Below, one piece after another: positions 21,531 to 34,702 of a stretch of DNA of 36,106 nucleotides. The notes under the pieces were generated by a model. That model did no database searches. It was not told the DNA's origin and worked only from the letters and a program-made list of their open reading frames with translations. Within the stretch, counting starts at the first letter, position 1, and each line of letters starts with the position of its first letter. The DNA is from Paraphysomonas bandaiensis (Eukaryota > Protista > Chrysophyceae). The stretch covers positions 1-36,106 of the forward strand of contig CBFFRP010000310.1 of NCBI GenBank assembly GCA_965644295.1. Direction: 5' to 3'. The position numbers and the translations under genes were made by a program.

Positions 21531-24500
21531 ATGAAGTCCAAAATTGACATGACAAAATTAGGTAGTAGAACATGGAGCGAGCCAGGTTGGTTCTACGAAA
21601 TGTTATTGACTATTTAAAGTATGAATATGTATTTTTCAGGATTGCAACCGGTGAGCACAAATGCCGTTAGCGGCTTTCAGAAAGATGCAACTTCGGCCAG
21701 AGTAACTAACTCTGTCGGTGACCTACTTCAGCTGACAAGAGAACGGGCAGCCCGACAGTTTGTTGATGATTCTATCACGAAATCTGCGTCTAGTGCGAAT
21801 GTGCAGCCGAAGAAAAGTAATCGATTTGGCTCAAGTAAAGGGGGGGGCGACTTTGGAGGTATTCAGTCGGCCCATATTAAGTATCAAAACGTTCATGAAC
21901 GCCCCCCTAGAAGAGTGGAAGTTTCACATCTGGAAAACGAATTGACGCAAATGGTGAAAACTGTGATGCAACCACTGTCTGATGATGTAATATACCAACC
22001 ACATAAGGAAAAAATGATGCTCGTACAAAACAGAATACTTGACGAATTAAAAGTTGATCCTGCAAATGCATACCAAGAACCTTGGCTTGACAGCGTTGTG
22101 AAATCAGAGTGCTTAAAAGATTTATGTGATGAGGTTGGTTTACGGCTGACTGATATGTTGTCAGTCAGCTCTGCTGAACTTGGTAATGTGTTGCGAAAAT
22201 TGAGGTATACATACGACCAGTCATTTTTACAACTCCTTGAAAGCTGGAAAGAAGTACGCGCCAAATATGTTGAAGTAGAGAGAGAACTGCAGGAAACTCA
22301 AGTACAAGTGCGCTCTCTCCATGATAGAATTGACCAGCGAGACTTCGATATCAGAGAACAAATTGAACTAGAGGTTGAGGAAATTAAAAAGGACTTTGAG
22401 TATGAGCGCGAGCAAGATAAAGAAAAAATACGAATGCATGAACAACAGATGGATCAGATGAATAGCACGCTAAAGAATCTCAACGCCATATTTAAAACAA
22501 TGCAGTCAGATGTAGATGCTGCCCGGTCGGCAGATACCTTTGCACGGTGCTCGAGGCTTGAGCGGGAAGTGACTGAACTTGAGGCTCAGGTGCTGTTGTA
22601 CTGTATTTCCTTGTGTCCATTGATGTCTATATTAGGTTGCATCTGCGGAGAAAATTAAGAAAGAGTTGGATGAGGAGAGAGAGAAGTCAAGTAATCTTGA
22701 GTGCCATCGGGATCGACAAATAGTAGAGATTGAGAGCTTGAAGGCCCAACTTGCCCGTCGTGATACGACAATTGCGGAGTTGATGGAACGAGAAACTCTG
22801 CGAAATGCAGAAATCGAGAAGCTAACTCGAATGGCAGCACAACGTCAGGAAAACGACGATGATCTTGACTTGGATCCTGTCGCCTCATCTGTACTGTGCA
22901 TAAAATGCAAAAAGTCTTTGGACGACATCAGTAGTATTCGGGATGCCATTCTTGGAAAGAATAATGCTACCGGAAAGGATCAAAAGCTATCCTGTCAATC
23001 GTTTCGCATACTTCTCCCGAACAACAAAGGGAAAAAGCCTCATAGAACAAATGCTTGGCTAAAAGCATGCATGCGCTGCATACTGACATCGAAAATGTCA
23101 GAAACTCTCTCTCTACTACCAATAGGAGAAAATGTTTCATCATTTCCGTCATTTGTTTATGCCTGGTTTGAGTCCGGTGTAGACTCACCCATGCAGCAGC
23201 AACTCTCTGATGACAACCGATGGGGATTTTATTATGGAGTTAAAACCTTAGCCAAGGACAATGCTGAAGCTAAGCTCTTTTGGGGCCTATTAGATGAAGT
23301 TCAAGGCGATGATGGCCTCGTGTTTGTGTGCCACTGTTTATCTGTTGTCTTGTCTATTGCTGGGTCACAGTTATGGAAACAATTTGGTAGTACTATGAAT
23401 CGCGCATCTATTCCTTCTCATTTCGATGATTCCGCGAGCAATGCTACAATCGAGTCTACCCCTCCTTCGATATGGTTGGAAATCGAAACAGCGTACGCAG
23501 CCGTGAAACTGATACTTGTCAGGGCACTGGAATCTCAAATAGTTGAAACACTTGATGCAATCGATTCGCTGAAAACAGTTCCTGAAGTACCCGATACAAT
23601 GGCTGATAACAGCGCAGAACTAGAAGGGAATCACAAACACACTGAAAACGATGTGGCTACTGATACTTCGGCGACTGAAGTTACGTCAACCCATATAGAT
23701 TTATTCACATGGCTACGGGTTATGCTACAGAGATTTCAAGACGAGCAATGCCATCGCCACGCTGCTGTTCGGTTAATGTTCGATACAGCATCTATGGGGG
23801 CTCTCACAGGGTCAGTTAATTGTAGTCAATCCGGCACTGCTGAAGCAGTTATGGGTCAATATGATAGCGAGAATCCGCAGGTTTATTTCCCGCAGTTTAC
23901 TGCAGTTGTTAAAACACTATATCCCTTCATGTCGCTTGCAGAAATTGCTGAATTATATTCAGTTTGCTATCGCGAAGGTGACGGCCGAGTTACTGCCTCT
24001 GTCTTTACTGAAATTGCTGAACAACGTCATTTATTTTCGAAGTCATTGAAATTGGGTCCATTACCTTTGTTTCAGCATGAAAATATATGCAACAGTGATA
24101 ACGCTGAAGAGTCTCAAGTTTCTGGCTTATTTGATCCAGGACAGAACAATAGACTTCGTAGTCAAATTGGATCGCTTGTACACCAGCGGTACGCTCTTCT
24201 ATCGAAAGAAATTGATAACTTGGTGAAAACTATGCCCAGTAGATGGAAGGCTTTAGTAACTGATGCCAGTGACAGCGTTCGCACGTCGTTGCAAGAGTAT
24301 TTTGTTGTTATGAAATCCAGAAAGCGTGGTGGTGGACTCCCTACAGCAACTACGGCAGGGACTGTCACGACTTCTGATGGAAGTATGGTACCGGCGTCTA
24401 CTGGAAGGTTGAACCGATCATCGTCGACTGGTGATTGCTCAAGGGGTAACCATCGTTTTATTGACGGACTACAGCCATTTATACAGTACCACAGATTATT

Positions 24501-26517
24501 ATCTATAGTTCTTATGGTGAAAAGTTTCAGTGAAAATACTCTGTTGCCCGTAAGTTTTCTTTGTGATGATAAATCATCACGAGATTTGACTGGCGAAGAG
24601 CCAGCCGTACAATTACGTGCTGTCTCTATCAAAAAAGTTGACAAGCTACTGTCGACAATGGAAGAGTCTATATTTTTACATAGTTTAAAGCAGGATTCTT
24701 TTCGTCGATATTTTAGATTTAAACAATGCCAGAAGAATGTTTTTGCCAGGAAAATTCAGAATTCATTTCGAAATTTTTTGTCGTATGATTGCACCATACC
24801 TAGGTCTCTTCGGTACCACATTTCATCAGGATACTTAAGTGGGAAGAAAACCAAAGATTCCAGCGTTTTACCTCTGAAGCTAAGGCGTGTATTCCTGGAG
24901 CCGTGGACCTCACAGTTTATTGTAGCGAGTACCTATATGTTTAAGTTAACTTATGATAGCAAAGCATATCGCCGAGGTTTGTCAACTATATCTTTGTCAG
25001 CGGCCACCTCATCACTACTTCTGTCTCTTTTTTCATCTGTTGAGGTTGTTGAACGCGTTATGCAGGATTTATGTCTAGGCATTCAGACGTACATGCATGG
25101 CTGCCCTAGATTACGTATGTTTGCTGCTTTTTTGGGCTTTGGAGAATTGGAAGAACCCGTAGCATCAGTATTTCAAAAAGAGATATTCCTGTCAGCCTAT
25201 TTAGAATTAATTCATACTATTCATAGAGAGGTTTCACGCGGAGAAAATGAAGTTTCAGAGTTCCGCGAAGTTCCAATTCTATTTCCATGCTCCGAAGATC
25301 CGGCATCACGGCTTGACAAGAGAGATGTTTGGTTACTTCCAATGCATGTCCTTTCAACTGCTGTATATGATTGGGCGTCGAATTTCAAGGGTCTAAAGGA
25401 AGGAATATGGGATAGTGCGTTGAGTAGAGTTAAACGAAACAAAGACGATTGTGCTGAGGTCGATGACTTTTTGTGGGTAATGATGCAAGTACTGGCTAAA
25501 GGACTGTCCGGACGACTCCGAAAGTGTGATGATTCTGCGAAGGATTATGTTGTCAAGAAAGTACAGCCCAATAACAATGCAGTCGTCAGTAGTGAGGGGG
25601 ACAAAACTGTGAAAAGAAGTGCAAGCAGTATTATATCAGATCATCTTGCAGACGAGCAAAAAATCCAGAAATTAAAATTTCCTCATAGTCCCAGTACGTT
25701 TCTTCTTCACCAATCGATTAATTCAATGCACGGTAGGGCTGTTCAAGACGATGAAAACTTGAAGTCTCTAGAAACTGATACACAGCAATGCTGTGTGCGC
25801 TTTTCCCATTTGAATACTGCACACCGTTTTTGCAATTATTTTATACACAGTCGTCTTTTACAAGATTGCATGACATGGGACACATTTGCTTTTTCCCATA
25901 CAAGTTCTGTGTTAAGTGATTCAAATGTGTCTACATCACTTTCTTATGCCGATTACAAATACCTTACGAGAATTATATCTGCCGTTCCCCCGGCATTATC
26001 GTTGCGTTTCTTTCAACAGTGGTGGCTGACAAATAAGGATAATCTCTCCAAAGAAGTTGCTCAAATGGAGGTGTGTTTGGTGTAGACTTTGAACGAGTCT
26101 CTATGTTTCTGATCTATCACAGGTCGAGATGGAGCGAAACGAAGGACAGGGGAAGTTATCTCGTGTATCTGAGATAGAAAGAATGCTAGATGTTGTAAAA
26201 AAGTACCACGCTCGTTTGGACCAAATTATGGCTGACAGCTCACCATCCTCGATACATTCTGGTTTTGGAGATGTTGCTGCCAATGCACAAGATTTTGCGT
26301 ATGCCGATGAAGTGTGGCGAACGGCGTCATCTATGCTGGGAAGTCTTGCGCTATGCTTGGTACGAATTGCCGTATATATCATTGGATGTAACTTACCTAT
26401 TTTTAACAGAAGTTATGCGGCCGTGAAATGCCGAGAGACGCTTGGAAGGCAGGAAGGAAATTGCATTTGGACAGAGCTTCAGCTTATTTGATGCAAGTTC
26501 AACCTAACTTACGATAA
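21531..26517 (+). CDS. Large coiled-coil protein (~1594 aa) with an axonemal dynein light chain-like N-terminal domain and IQ-like motif; probably flagellar-associated. Exons 21531-21585, 21640-22589, 22636-26070, 26123-26359, 26410-26517
   Basis: Four frame-consistent GT-AG introns (54, 46, 52, 50 bp) join ORFs 21621, 22666 and 26129, ending in TAA 26515-26517. LTDMLSVSSAELGNVLRKLRYTY resembles the p28/AXDND1 motif and ARKIQNSFRNF is IQ-like. The start codon (21531 vs 21549) and product name are uncertain. Confidence 0.8.
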
Positions 26518-26739
26518 GAGTACAACATTGGTCAAATTATGAATAACCGAAAATTTATTTAGTCGTATTAGGCGTTCTATATAGTATTTTGAAATTGACG
26601 TATGGGTGAAGTTGTTCACTTACGTAACTCCTAACGTACATATCTGCACGAAAGGTTATTTTACAAGCATATATTTGTATAAAGGCATCAGTATTGACGG
26701 CAACCAGAGGTGAAATCTCTTGCTGACACGCCCCCTACA

Positions 26740-27740
26740 TGTTAACATTGGACATTTCACTGAAGTTAACTTTGCTCTACACGTAAACCTTAACCTTGCT
26801 GTTGAACACAATGCACTTTCAAGTAAGAAATTATGATTATTATTCTGAACACTTCACTACATATTCGTGTAACATACGTTGAAACATCTGTTCTTATAGC
26901 AACATCTGTTTATCATATGTTCATCAGTCAGTTCTATATCTTGTATAGTCACACATCAGTAACTGAATTTAATTCCTTTGTAACTATAATCACCCGTTAC
27001 ACCTATGAGTTGACTTTTTACGTATTGCACACTGTTAACTCACTTCAATTGCACAATATATATCACATCATATTGCAGAACTCAACACTCCCACTCAATT
27101 GGATGTAGTTAACCATTCTAAAATTTGTGAAGAACATTGCTATCGGACACGCAACCACCGAACCTCATAGGACACTGGTGGACGTATGACTCCGCTGGTA
27201 TAGCTAGCTCCCACCATTCATTCACCTCTATCTAGTTACGACGAACTCTCTTTACCTTGGGTACCTCTGCGATAATTTGTGCAGTAGTCTTAAATTTTTC
27301 CCCAAGATTTCGCTCCCTCTGTTCAATGAATATTGGACCACTCAAAGCCTTGGTATATATATCAGCTATCTGTTGTCGACTGCTCACATGAATTAATTTC
27401 GCTGTATTAAACTGTTCGGGATCCACATGCTCTCTAATCATATGATACTTAATCTCAATATGTTTCGATCGTTGATGTTGCACTGGATTTTCCGATATAT
27501 CCTGAGCACTTTGACTATCCAGGAATAATGGTGTGGGCTCGTCAATTTTCAATCCTACTTCACCAGTCACCCCCCGAGACCATATCATTTCCTGTAATCC
27601 ATTATATAAGCATTGATACTCTGCTTGCATAGTCGATGTAGCTACAGTAGACTGAAGTTTGGAACCCCACGATAGTGGTCCACCAGCTCCAAACATAACA
27701 TAACCTGAAGTTGATCTCCTCGTCAACGGGTCACCCGCCC
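26740..27740 (-). mobile_element. 3' fragment of a related Copia family: RNase H (27740-27232), PPT and 3' LTR (27087 to ~26740)
   Basis: AGDPLTRRSTSGY...HQRSKHIEIKYHMIREHVDPEQFNT...ADIYTKAL is paralogous to 9003-9520. The PPT TTGAGTGGGAG is followed by TGTTGAG at 27087. Confidence 0.9.
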
Positions 27741-28741
27741 GATGTCGTGTGGAAATGAGAAAAGCATATGGGACTACCTCAGAACAAGCCGTATCAGAAA
27801 TATTAGAAGATATACATAGGATTCCAAAGGCAAAAGATGGTCCATCTGCAAAGCATGTTATGTCTTCTTTAAGTTTGCTGAATAAGATTCTCAGGAAAAT
27901 GGGTAAACCATTATCCGATAGTCAACTTAAGAGTAAGTCATTTGAGAAATTGCGGGGTACTATGTTTTCCTCCGTGATTATTGATATTGATAAGAATGAG
28001 GAGATGCCGTATGCGTTGGCGTGTGATGAAGTGAATAGAGTTATTCAGTTACAAAAGATAGATGTTCGGATTCCGACACTGATTCCTTATTACAGCTCGG
28101 TTCAAATTCTGTGGATTCGTCATCGTTGCTGTCGAACTCTATGCAACAAAAGGCAGGGAAAAATAATCCTCCTGCGTACGTTTTTCCTGGTGCGTCAGGT
28201 GCCCCCCCCCGGAGGAGTTCTGTGAATTCATTGACTGAGGTTGGAATATGTGCGTCACTTGTGACTCAAACTCAGACGCGTATTTCGGAGTCATCTCTAA
28301 TTAAGTGTAAAAATTGTTCAAATATTCATGCGCTCAATGAATGTTCAGCGACTCATTGTTATAAGTGTCGAAGATGGTGGCCTTCGAAGAGGGATTCTAC
28401 ATATCATAATTTTTATGAGTGTCCAGTGGTTTCTCGTACTCATCAAACGCAGAAGTCTGTTGTAGTACCGGCTCAAGGAACTAAACATGTACGATGGGAT
28501 GACCGCACAGTGGCTGCCAAGAGTGGAACTCGAGTATGGAATCGTGAGAAGAAGTCAGGACAGTCGTTCCAGCAACCGGTACAACAAAGGAAAGTTTCAG
28601 CTGTGTCTATTACTGGTGACATGGGTGCAGTTGCAAATGAGTTTCTGGAATATACTCCTGATCAATGGGATGATTATCTAGAGAGTAATTGTGATTGTTA
28701 TGAAGATGATCAACACGGTGATGGTGATCAAGTCGAGTATC

Positions 28742-29052
28742 ACTTGGATTGTGATATCCTGCGTACGGTAGTACACTGTACTGCAGTACACTGTACAGGA
28801 GTACAGTGGTATACAGTACAGTGGTATACAGTACAGAGTATACAGTCATGTCTTGCATACTGAGTCATACATGATATACAGTATCGTATAGAGTTATACT
28901 GTACAGTACGACGTAGGTGTTGGATGCAGCGTAGTACACCGAGGACTGATTTTTGCCCTTGGAGTCATTTCGTTAGTCTGATGTTGCATGTGTGTTTTGT
29001 TGATCAGCTTATAATTAAGCATTATTCGCTTCTCTGCTTTCTCTCGCTTACG
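28742..29052 (+). repeat. 5' LTR (311 bp)
   Basis: Direct repeat of 34393-34702, followed immediately by the PBS. Confidence 0.95.
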
Positions 29053-31728
29053 TGGTAGCGGTGGTTTAAGGATTTACTATTTCATGGTTCTACAGGGACT
29101 TTCTCTGTGGTTTTATCTATTCAAGGCTCTGTGTAGACTGCTTATAGAGTGCGGGCGATTGTATGCCTCGAGAGATGTACAGAGGTGCTTATGAGACCCA
29201 GTGATGGATTGTTCCGTATCCAGAGGACATTAACGGGTACAAGGACTTCAGTAAGCGGTTTCTAGATCATTTTGGGGCTGTTTGAGTTCAGAGTGTTGTT
29301 GATGGTGTGTCAGCGCGGCTATCTGATGCTGAGCACGCATAGGAGACAATGAGGCAGCTATACCTGGACAGAGATTGTGGTTGCTTGATGAGAAGTTGCA
29401 GACTCTTTATTTATTGTTGCGTCAATGTTTTGAGACAGCAAACACGGCGTTGTTTGTATTATTGGTGTCTGGAGAGTGATAAGTGTATGTGTTTCTGATC
29501 GGAAGAAGAGTGTGATGTGACGCAATTTGCGGAGTCGATATGTATGTTGCGATGTTGCCAATGGATTGGAGATATACAGTGGATATCTATGGAAGAAGCA
29601 GATACAGTTTTATTCATTTTGACGGAGTTATTTCGCATATTCGGAAAGGTTATTTTCTTAGACCATTAAGTCGATGGTATACTGATGAAGATAAATACTG
29701 TCTTGTGATTAGCATCAATGTTTACACACAAAGGAGTATGTTCTTATGATGATGATGGTCGTTAGTCTCGTTAGTATTGCGTTCAGATGATGAAGAATAT
29801 ATGTTGATTCAATGGTTCGAACGACTTTATGTATGGAATATAGTTCAATGAGATGGACAATTATGGTTTTGTGTTGGAATGCAAGCGGTTCAGTTATAAT
29901 GTGATATTCAAGGCTTGTGTTCAACAGATTAAATTGATGTTACTGTTGCTTATTTTAGACTAAGAAGTAATGGACAAGAAGTGCATCGGTACAATATAAT
30001 CTGTTATATGATGGAGCAATTAGACATTCTGATTATCGATAAGAGATTTGAATTGAGAATTAGATGTGATATGGTCGACACAACGAGAGGTGTCAGATGA
30101 GTGTTTAACAAGTGATCATCCTATATACATAGAAAGGGTATAAGAGCAGATTATGAAGGATGTTATGTTCAATTTATAGCTCCAATGCATGAATGAGTGC
30201 ATGTATTTTCTGTGCGATTGATCGACATGAGGTGTATGATATTCCGGTATTCAGTGAATCGGCATTTGTATCAGATCGTATTATTGGAAGTATGGTTTCT
30301 ACGATGGTAGTAGTCTGTGATATATATGATATTATTGTTACGGATACAGATTGTATTACGAGTATTTTTCGAATGGTGTAAGCTTGGATAGTCTTGTCAA
30401 CAATGGTGGTTATTATTATTTTGTTCGAAGTGATATCAGATTCTTATATGTATGTCAATATACACGAGTATCGAATTGACAAGTATATATAGATCATGTT
30501 CGGAAAGTATGGATCGGGTGTTATATTTTATGATACTATCTATTATGTCCAGTTGTATCAGAGAGTTTGGGAATGTTTGTTTGTTGTTCGGAATGATTAC
30601 TGTTTGAGCAAAGATTAGCGTTAAGAAGATTACGCAGTGATGATATCAGATGATAGCTCAATTGACTCGGATTATTTCAATGATTGATATTTATTTCAAT
30701 GTGAATGGTGATACTGGATTGTTCTGTTGATGTATATAAGTGCACCATATACTGTATTAGTGTGCTTCAGTTCGATGTGATTTATTATGCAAATGGAAGT
30801 GTATATATCAAGTTCATCAAAATGATTCATGGAGAGTTTGATTCAACAGTAGTGTTTAACAATTTGATATTATTGTAAACACATATCGAAAGATTTGTAT
30901 CAGAGTATTATTGAATTGATGTTCAGTGAATCTGGTTATTATATTGGAGATTATTATTACCGGTGTTATGTTCAGAATCGATCGACAAGTTATTGTGTAC
31001 AAATGATATTGATTTCAACTTGGTGTTTCAGTAAAAAGCAATCGACTAATGTTACGAGTATTTCTATCTCAGTGGAATGTGTTGTTGGCGCATTCTAATC
31101 CCGAACGAATATATATTTAGTTTGTTCAATTGTATTTCAATGCACGATTTCAACTTTTGATATTGTTGAGTGGACGTTGTCAGTTTATCGAATTCTTGGA
31201 TTCATATTTAGTGCAATTATTATGCGAGTTTGTTATCAGTGGACATCAAACTGGATAATTTTTATTGATGAGTTAACGTTCATGGTATCGATTTATATTA
31301 TCATGTGAAAGGCGGGTTTCCTTGTTGTGTTAAGGAAATTTGGAATGGAGCGTTGTGTTCTAGGAAACGAAACTTGTGACAGAAACTATATTTTGATGAT
31401 GTTGTTCAAGTTATTATGGTGTTGAATTATATTATCGTACTAGAGTGAGATTTGTTTCAGTACTGGCAAGGATTATGGAAATATGATTTACTAGAGAAAT
31501 TCACGTTGAGTTACCAATGAGGATATAGACTTTGATTATAATAGTTTGCTGTATGGTGATGATATGATCTTATTTCAGTTGATCATTCCCTTTTTCGATA
31601 ATACGGCTTTTATCTTTCCTCGTCCGTATGATTTTGAGATGAACATGTTCTGTATGGTTACATCGTCACGGTCGCGGATATTATTCACATGTTTAGAGTG
31701 AATTTGGTTAAGAGAGTCGAGTGAAACT

Positions 31729-31902
31729 CTACTATGAAATATGATTGGTCCCCTATATAATAGTTGAGATGAAAACTCCAGAATTGTGATGGAGATAGGG
31801 AGGCTACAAGTAAAGAGACCCTACTATGAAATGTGATTGGTCCCCTATATAGTCGAGATGAAAACTCCAGAATTGTGATGGAGATAGGGAGGCTAAAAGT
31901 AA
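31729..31902 (+). repeat. ~92-bp tandem duplication, each unit containing a copy of the element's PPT
   Basis: CTACTATGAAAT.TGATTGGTCCCCTATAT...GGAGATAGGGAGGCTA.AAGTAA starts at 31729 and 31821. Confidence 0.9.
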
Positions 31903-34392
31903 TCGAACATCGCAGAAATGTGATGAACGCTGATGAATTGAGACTGCTCTCGGCGATGATTTGGGATTGCAGGCTGACGAGTCTAATATTCCTTTAGCAG
32001 AGAGATTGTCTACAGATGGATAGGCAAGTAAGACCTATTCGCAAGGCTCATCTTGCAGAGAGAGTTTTCATGCATGGTGTTGTGGAGAGAACACTTCACA
32101 TAGTTTCATTGATGAGGAGAGAACTCATTACAGAGAGAGTGATGTAAAGAAATCGCATCACAGAGAGAGTTTACATATTCTATCGTGAACTCGTATTATG
32201 TATATAATATTCTGAGGGTGATAATATGGGTATAGAGGAGTGAACTCTTCTCATTATTGAAAATTTTATTATGATGAATTGAAATATGTTTGTAGAGAGG
32301 AGATTGATTTTCCTTTCGAGTTATTAAAGATGTTCCGAATCCAGTGTTGCTCTGTTTACTCTTGGTGTTGATTGATGAGTTTCCTAAATGTTACTGGTTA
32401 CATGTATGTGTGCATGGGATATAAGCACAATGGGTGATGGTTTTGACGAGAATTCAAAAGTGATTTGATTGAGCAATAAATCTGGAAGATTACGGATTTA
32501 TAAAGACCGACTGTGCGTTTATTCTAATTGTCGGATTATATTACGAGCATGAGAAGGAAGGCAAAGTTAATCCAGCATTGAGCAAGATTAGTAATGATCA
32601 GGGTGATATATACTCAGGGAAAGTAAACTACATGAGGACATGTATTCTACCCTTCTATGATTTGTAATTGCTCTCTGTATATATATGAAACCAATGGATT
32701 ATATATTATACATATGCCACCTTGAAGTTCCTATATATGTAAGGATCTCTTTACAATCTGATATATTGTTTATAAGATTGTTCTATATGATATATATGTA
32801 TATATGTGACTCCATATATATATAAATACTACTTACTGCAAGAAGGCAAATATATGAATTGGTTGATATCGATTTCGTTTCATCATATATACTATTCAAT
32901 ATATATGATATCTATAGGAGTTATACAGATACTATCAGATGATTATGTATATATATGTCTATTCTATAGAGGTGATGTTTTTGCAAATATTATGGATGAT
33001 GTATTCCGGGTTGTTCCTATTGTTGACCTTGTATCATGTTTCATTATTCTACTGCATGAAAGATTCCATGCAAATGTTGAGGTCAAGGATAAAATTGTGT
33101 TTAAGGAACATATATATACATCGTCAGAGAGAGATAAACATAATATTATGTAAATGATTATTAGTGATCTGGTAGAAGACGGAAAAGTATTATTATTCTG
33201 TTGATCTGGATATATATATTAGTACTATATTATATTATTATGAGTACTGATCTGGATATTACTGTATATTATATGAGTACTACAGTTATTATTTCATTTT
33301 CTTTGAGAAATGATGATGAAATGATTATATGAATGGAGAATATTGTTTCTAAGATGAGTACATTGAAAATTGAGTTTAAAATGGTATGTATGCAACCAGA
33401 TAGATAATATTTGTTATATGTTCAGTTGTTAGTTTGTTATCTAACTCTGACATGCAATACTGGGGTGCAATTATGAACATTTTCGAGTATTGAATGAATT
33501 ATACAGATCTCCATATTTCTTTTATGAAACAATCTGAAGCAGTGTCAGTTATTAGTGACTATTGGGAAACGGAATGGACTACGATTGTGTTAAAGTCCGA
33601 ATTAAAAGATTTCGGTTTATTTTCACCGAAGGATTCCGAGTATTAAGCTAAGATGCCATAAGAAATTACTATCATTGAGTGAGACATATTTAGAGATTTA
33701 TCGCTTATATACAAGAACGTGTCAAAGAGGTTTCAGGTGATAAACCTAGAGTTTTCTTTTATATTGATAACACGCCAGCGATTGAGATGGCCGAAACTAT
33801 ATTTGTGTTTCATAGGAGACCAAAGCATATTACTGCTATATTATACATATGGACGATTATGAGAAGCACATCGCTAGTTGGCATCAATCTATTTGCGAAT
33901 GGGATTCTATTTTTTTTCAATTTCCTAGATATATTATTGCTGAGAAGAATCTCGCGGATTTTATTTTTATTTTCTAAAAGCCCTAAATTTGGTTTTCGAA
34001 AACTTCATCGGATTGTGATTGGAGTGTATGATGTCATATCTATTTTTAAAAAGTGATTGATATGTGCTATATATATATTATACTTATTTAGCATTTGAGT
34101 GCTATGTATTAAATGTTCATCACATACTATATATATCTATGATTTGACTAGAAATACTTAGATGGGAGCGTAATTGGTGTAAGCGGTTTGCCCGTTGACC
34201 TTGTGCGTCTATGTATATTCGATGTCCTGATTATTATTACATATTATATATACCTGCGTTATTTTATTTTTCCCTTAATGATGAGCATATTTGGGTTTTC
34301 GTTATAAACGTTTAGGTATTGTTGAAGTTGATCCTCACATGTGACGACTTGTTCTGCACTGTATCCTTGCGCACGCTAGGATATAGGGAGGC

Positions 34393-34702
34393 ACTTGGAT
34401 TGTGATATCCTGCGTACGGTAGTACACTGTACTGCAGTACACTGTACAGGAGTACAGTGGTATACAGTACAGTGGTATACAGTACAGAGTATACAGTCAT
34501 GTCTTGCATACTGAGTCATACATGATATACAGTATCGTATAGAGTTATACTGTACAGTACGACGTAGGTGTTGGATGCAGAGTAGTACACCGAGGACTGA
34601 TTTTTGCCCTTGGAGTCATTTCGTTAGTCTGATGTTGCATGTGTGTTTGTTGATCAGCTCATAATTAAGCATTATTCGCTTCTCTGCTTTCTCTCGCTTA
34701 CG
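34393..34702 (+). repeat. 3' LTR (310 bp)
   Basis: Direct repeat of 28742-29052, preceded by the PPT. Confidence 0.95.

Larger units (their letters stand above)
28742..34702 (+). mobile_element. Non-autonomous LTR retroelement (LARD-like, 5961 bp) derived from Copia, with AC..CG termini
   Basis: LTRs at 28742-29052 and 34393-34702 (2 substitutions + 1 indel by eye); TSD GTATC at 28737-28741 and 34703-34707; PBS TGGTAGCG at 29053-29060; PPT GGATATAGGGAGGC at 34379-34392. No internal ORF exceeds 115 aa, but an RNase H ghost FYIDNTPAIEMAETIFVFHRRPKHI lies at ~33757-33831. Confidence 0.92.

Noticed and set aside
26740-26760. A third example of a TA-ending LTR
   Set aside because: The minus strand reads ...AATGTTAACA, so the end could be TGTTA (26743) or canonical CA (26740). 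There is no partner LTR or TSD to decide.
28610-28858. Duplicated minus-strand ORF MQDMTVYSVLYTT (also 34312-34509)
   Set aside because: Arises from the LTR minisatellite and diverges exactly at the LTR boundary.
29358-34056. Short ORFs (62-115 aa) inside the non-coding LTR element as cargo genes
   Set aside because: Low-complexity Ile/Tyr-rich translations typical of AT-rich DNA. The only recognisable parts are decayed Copia RT/RNase H.
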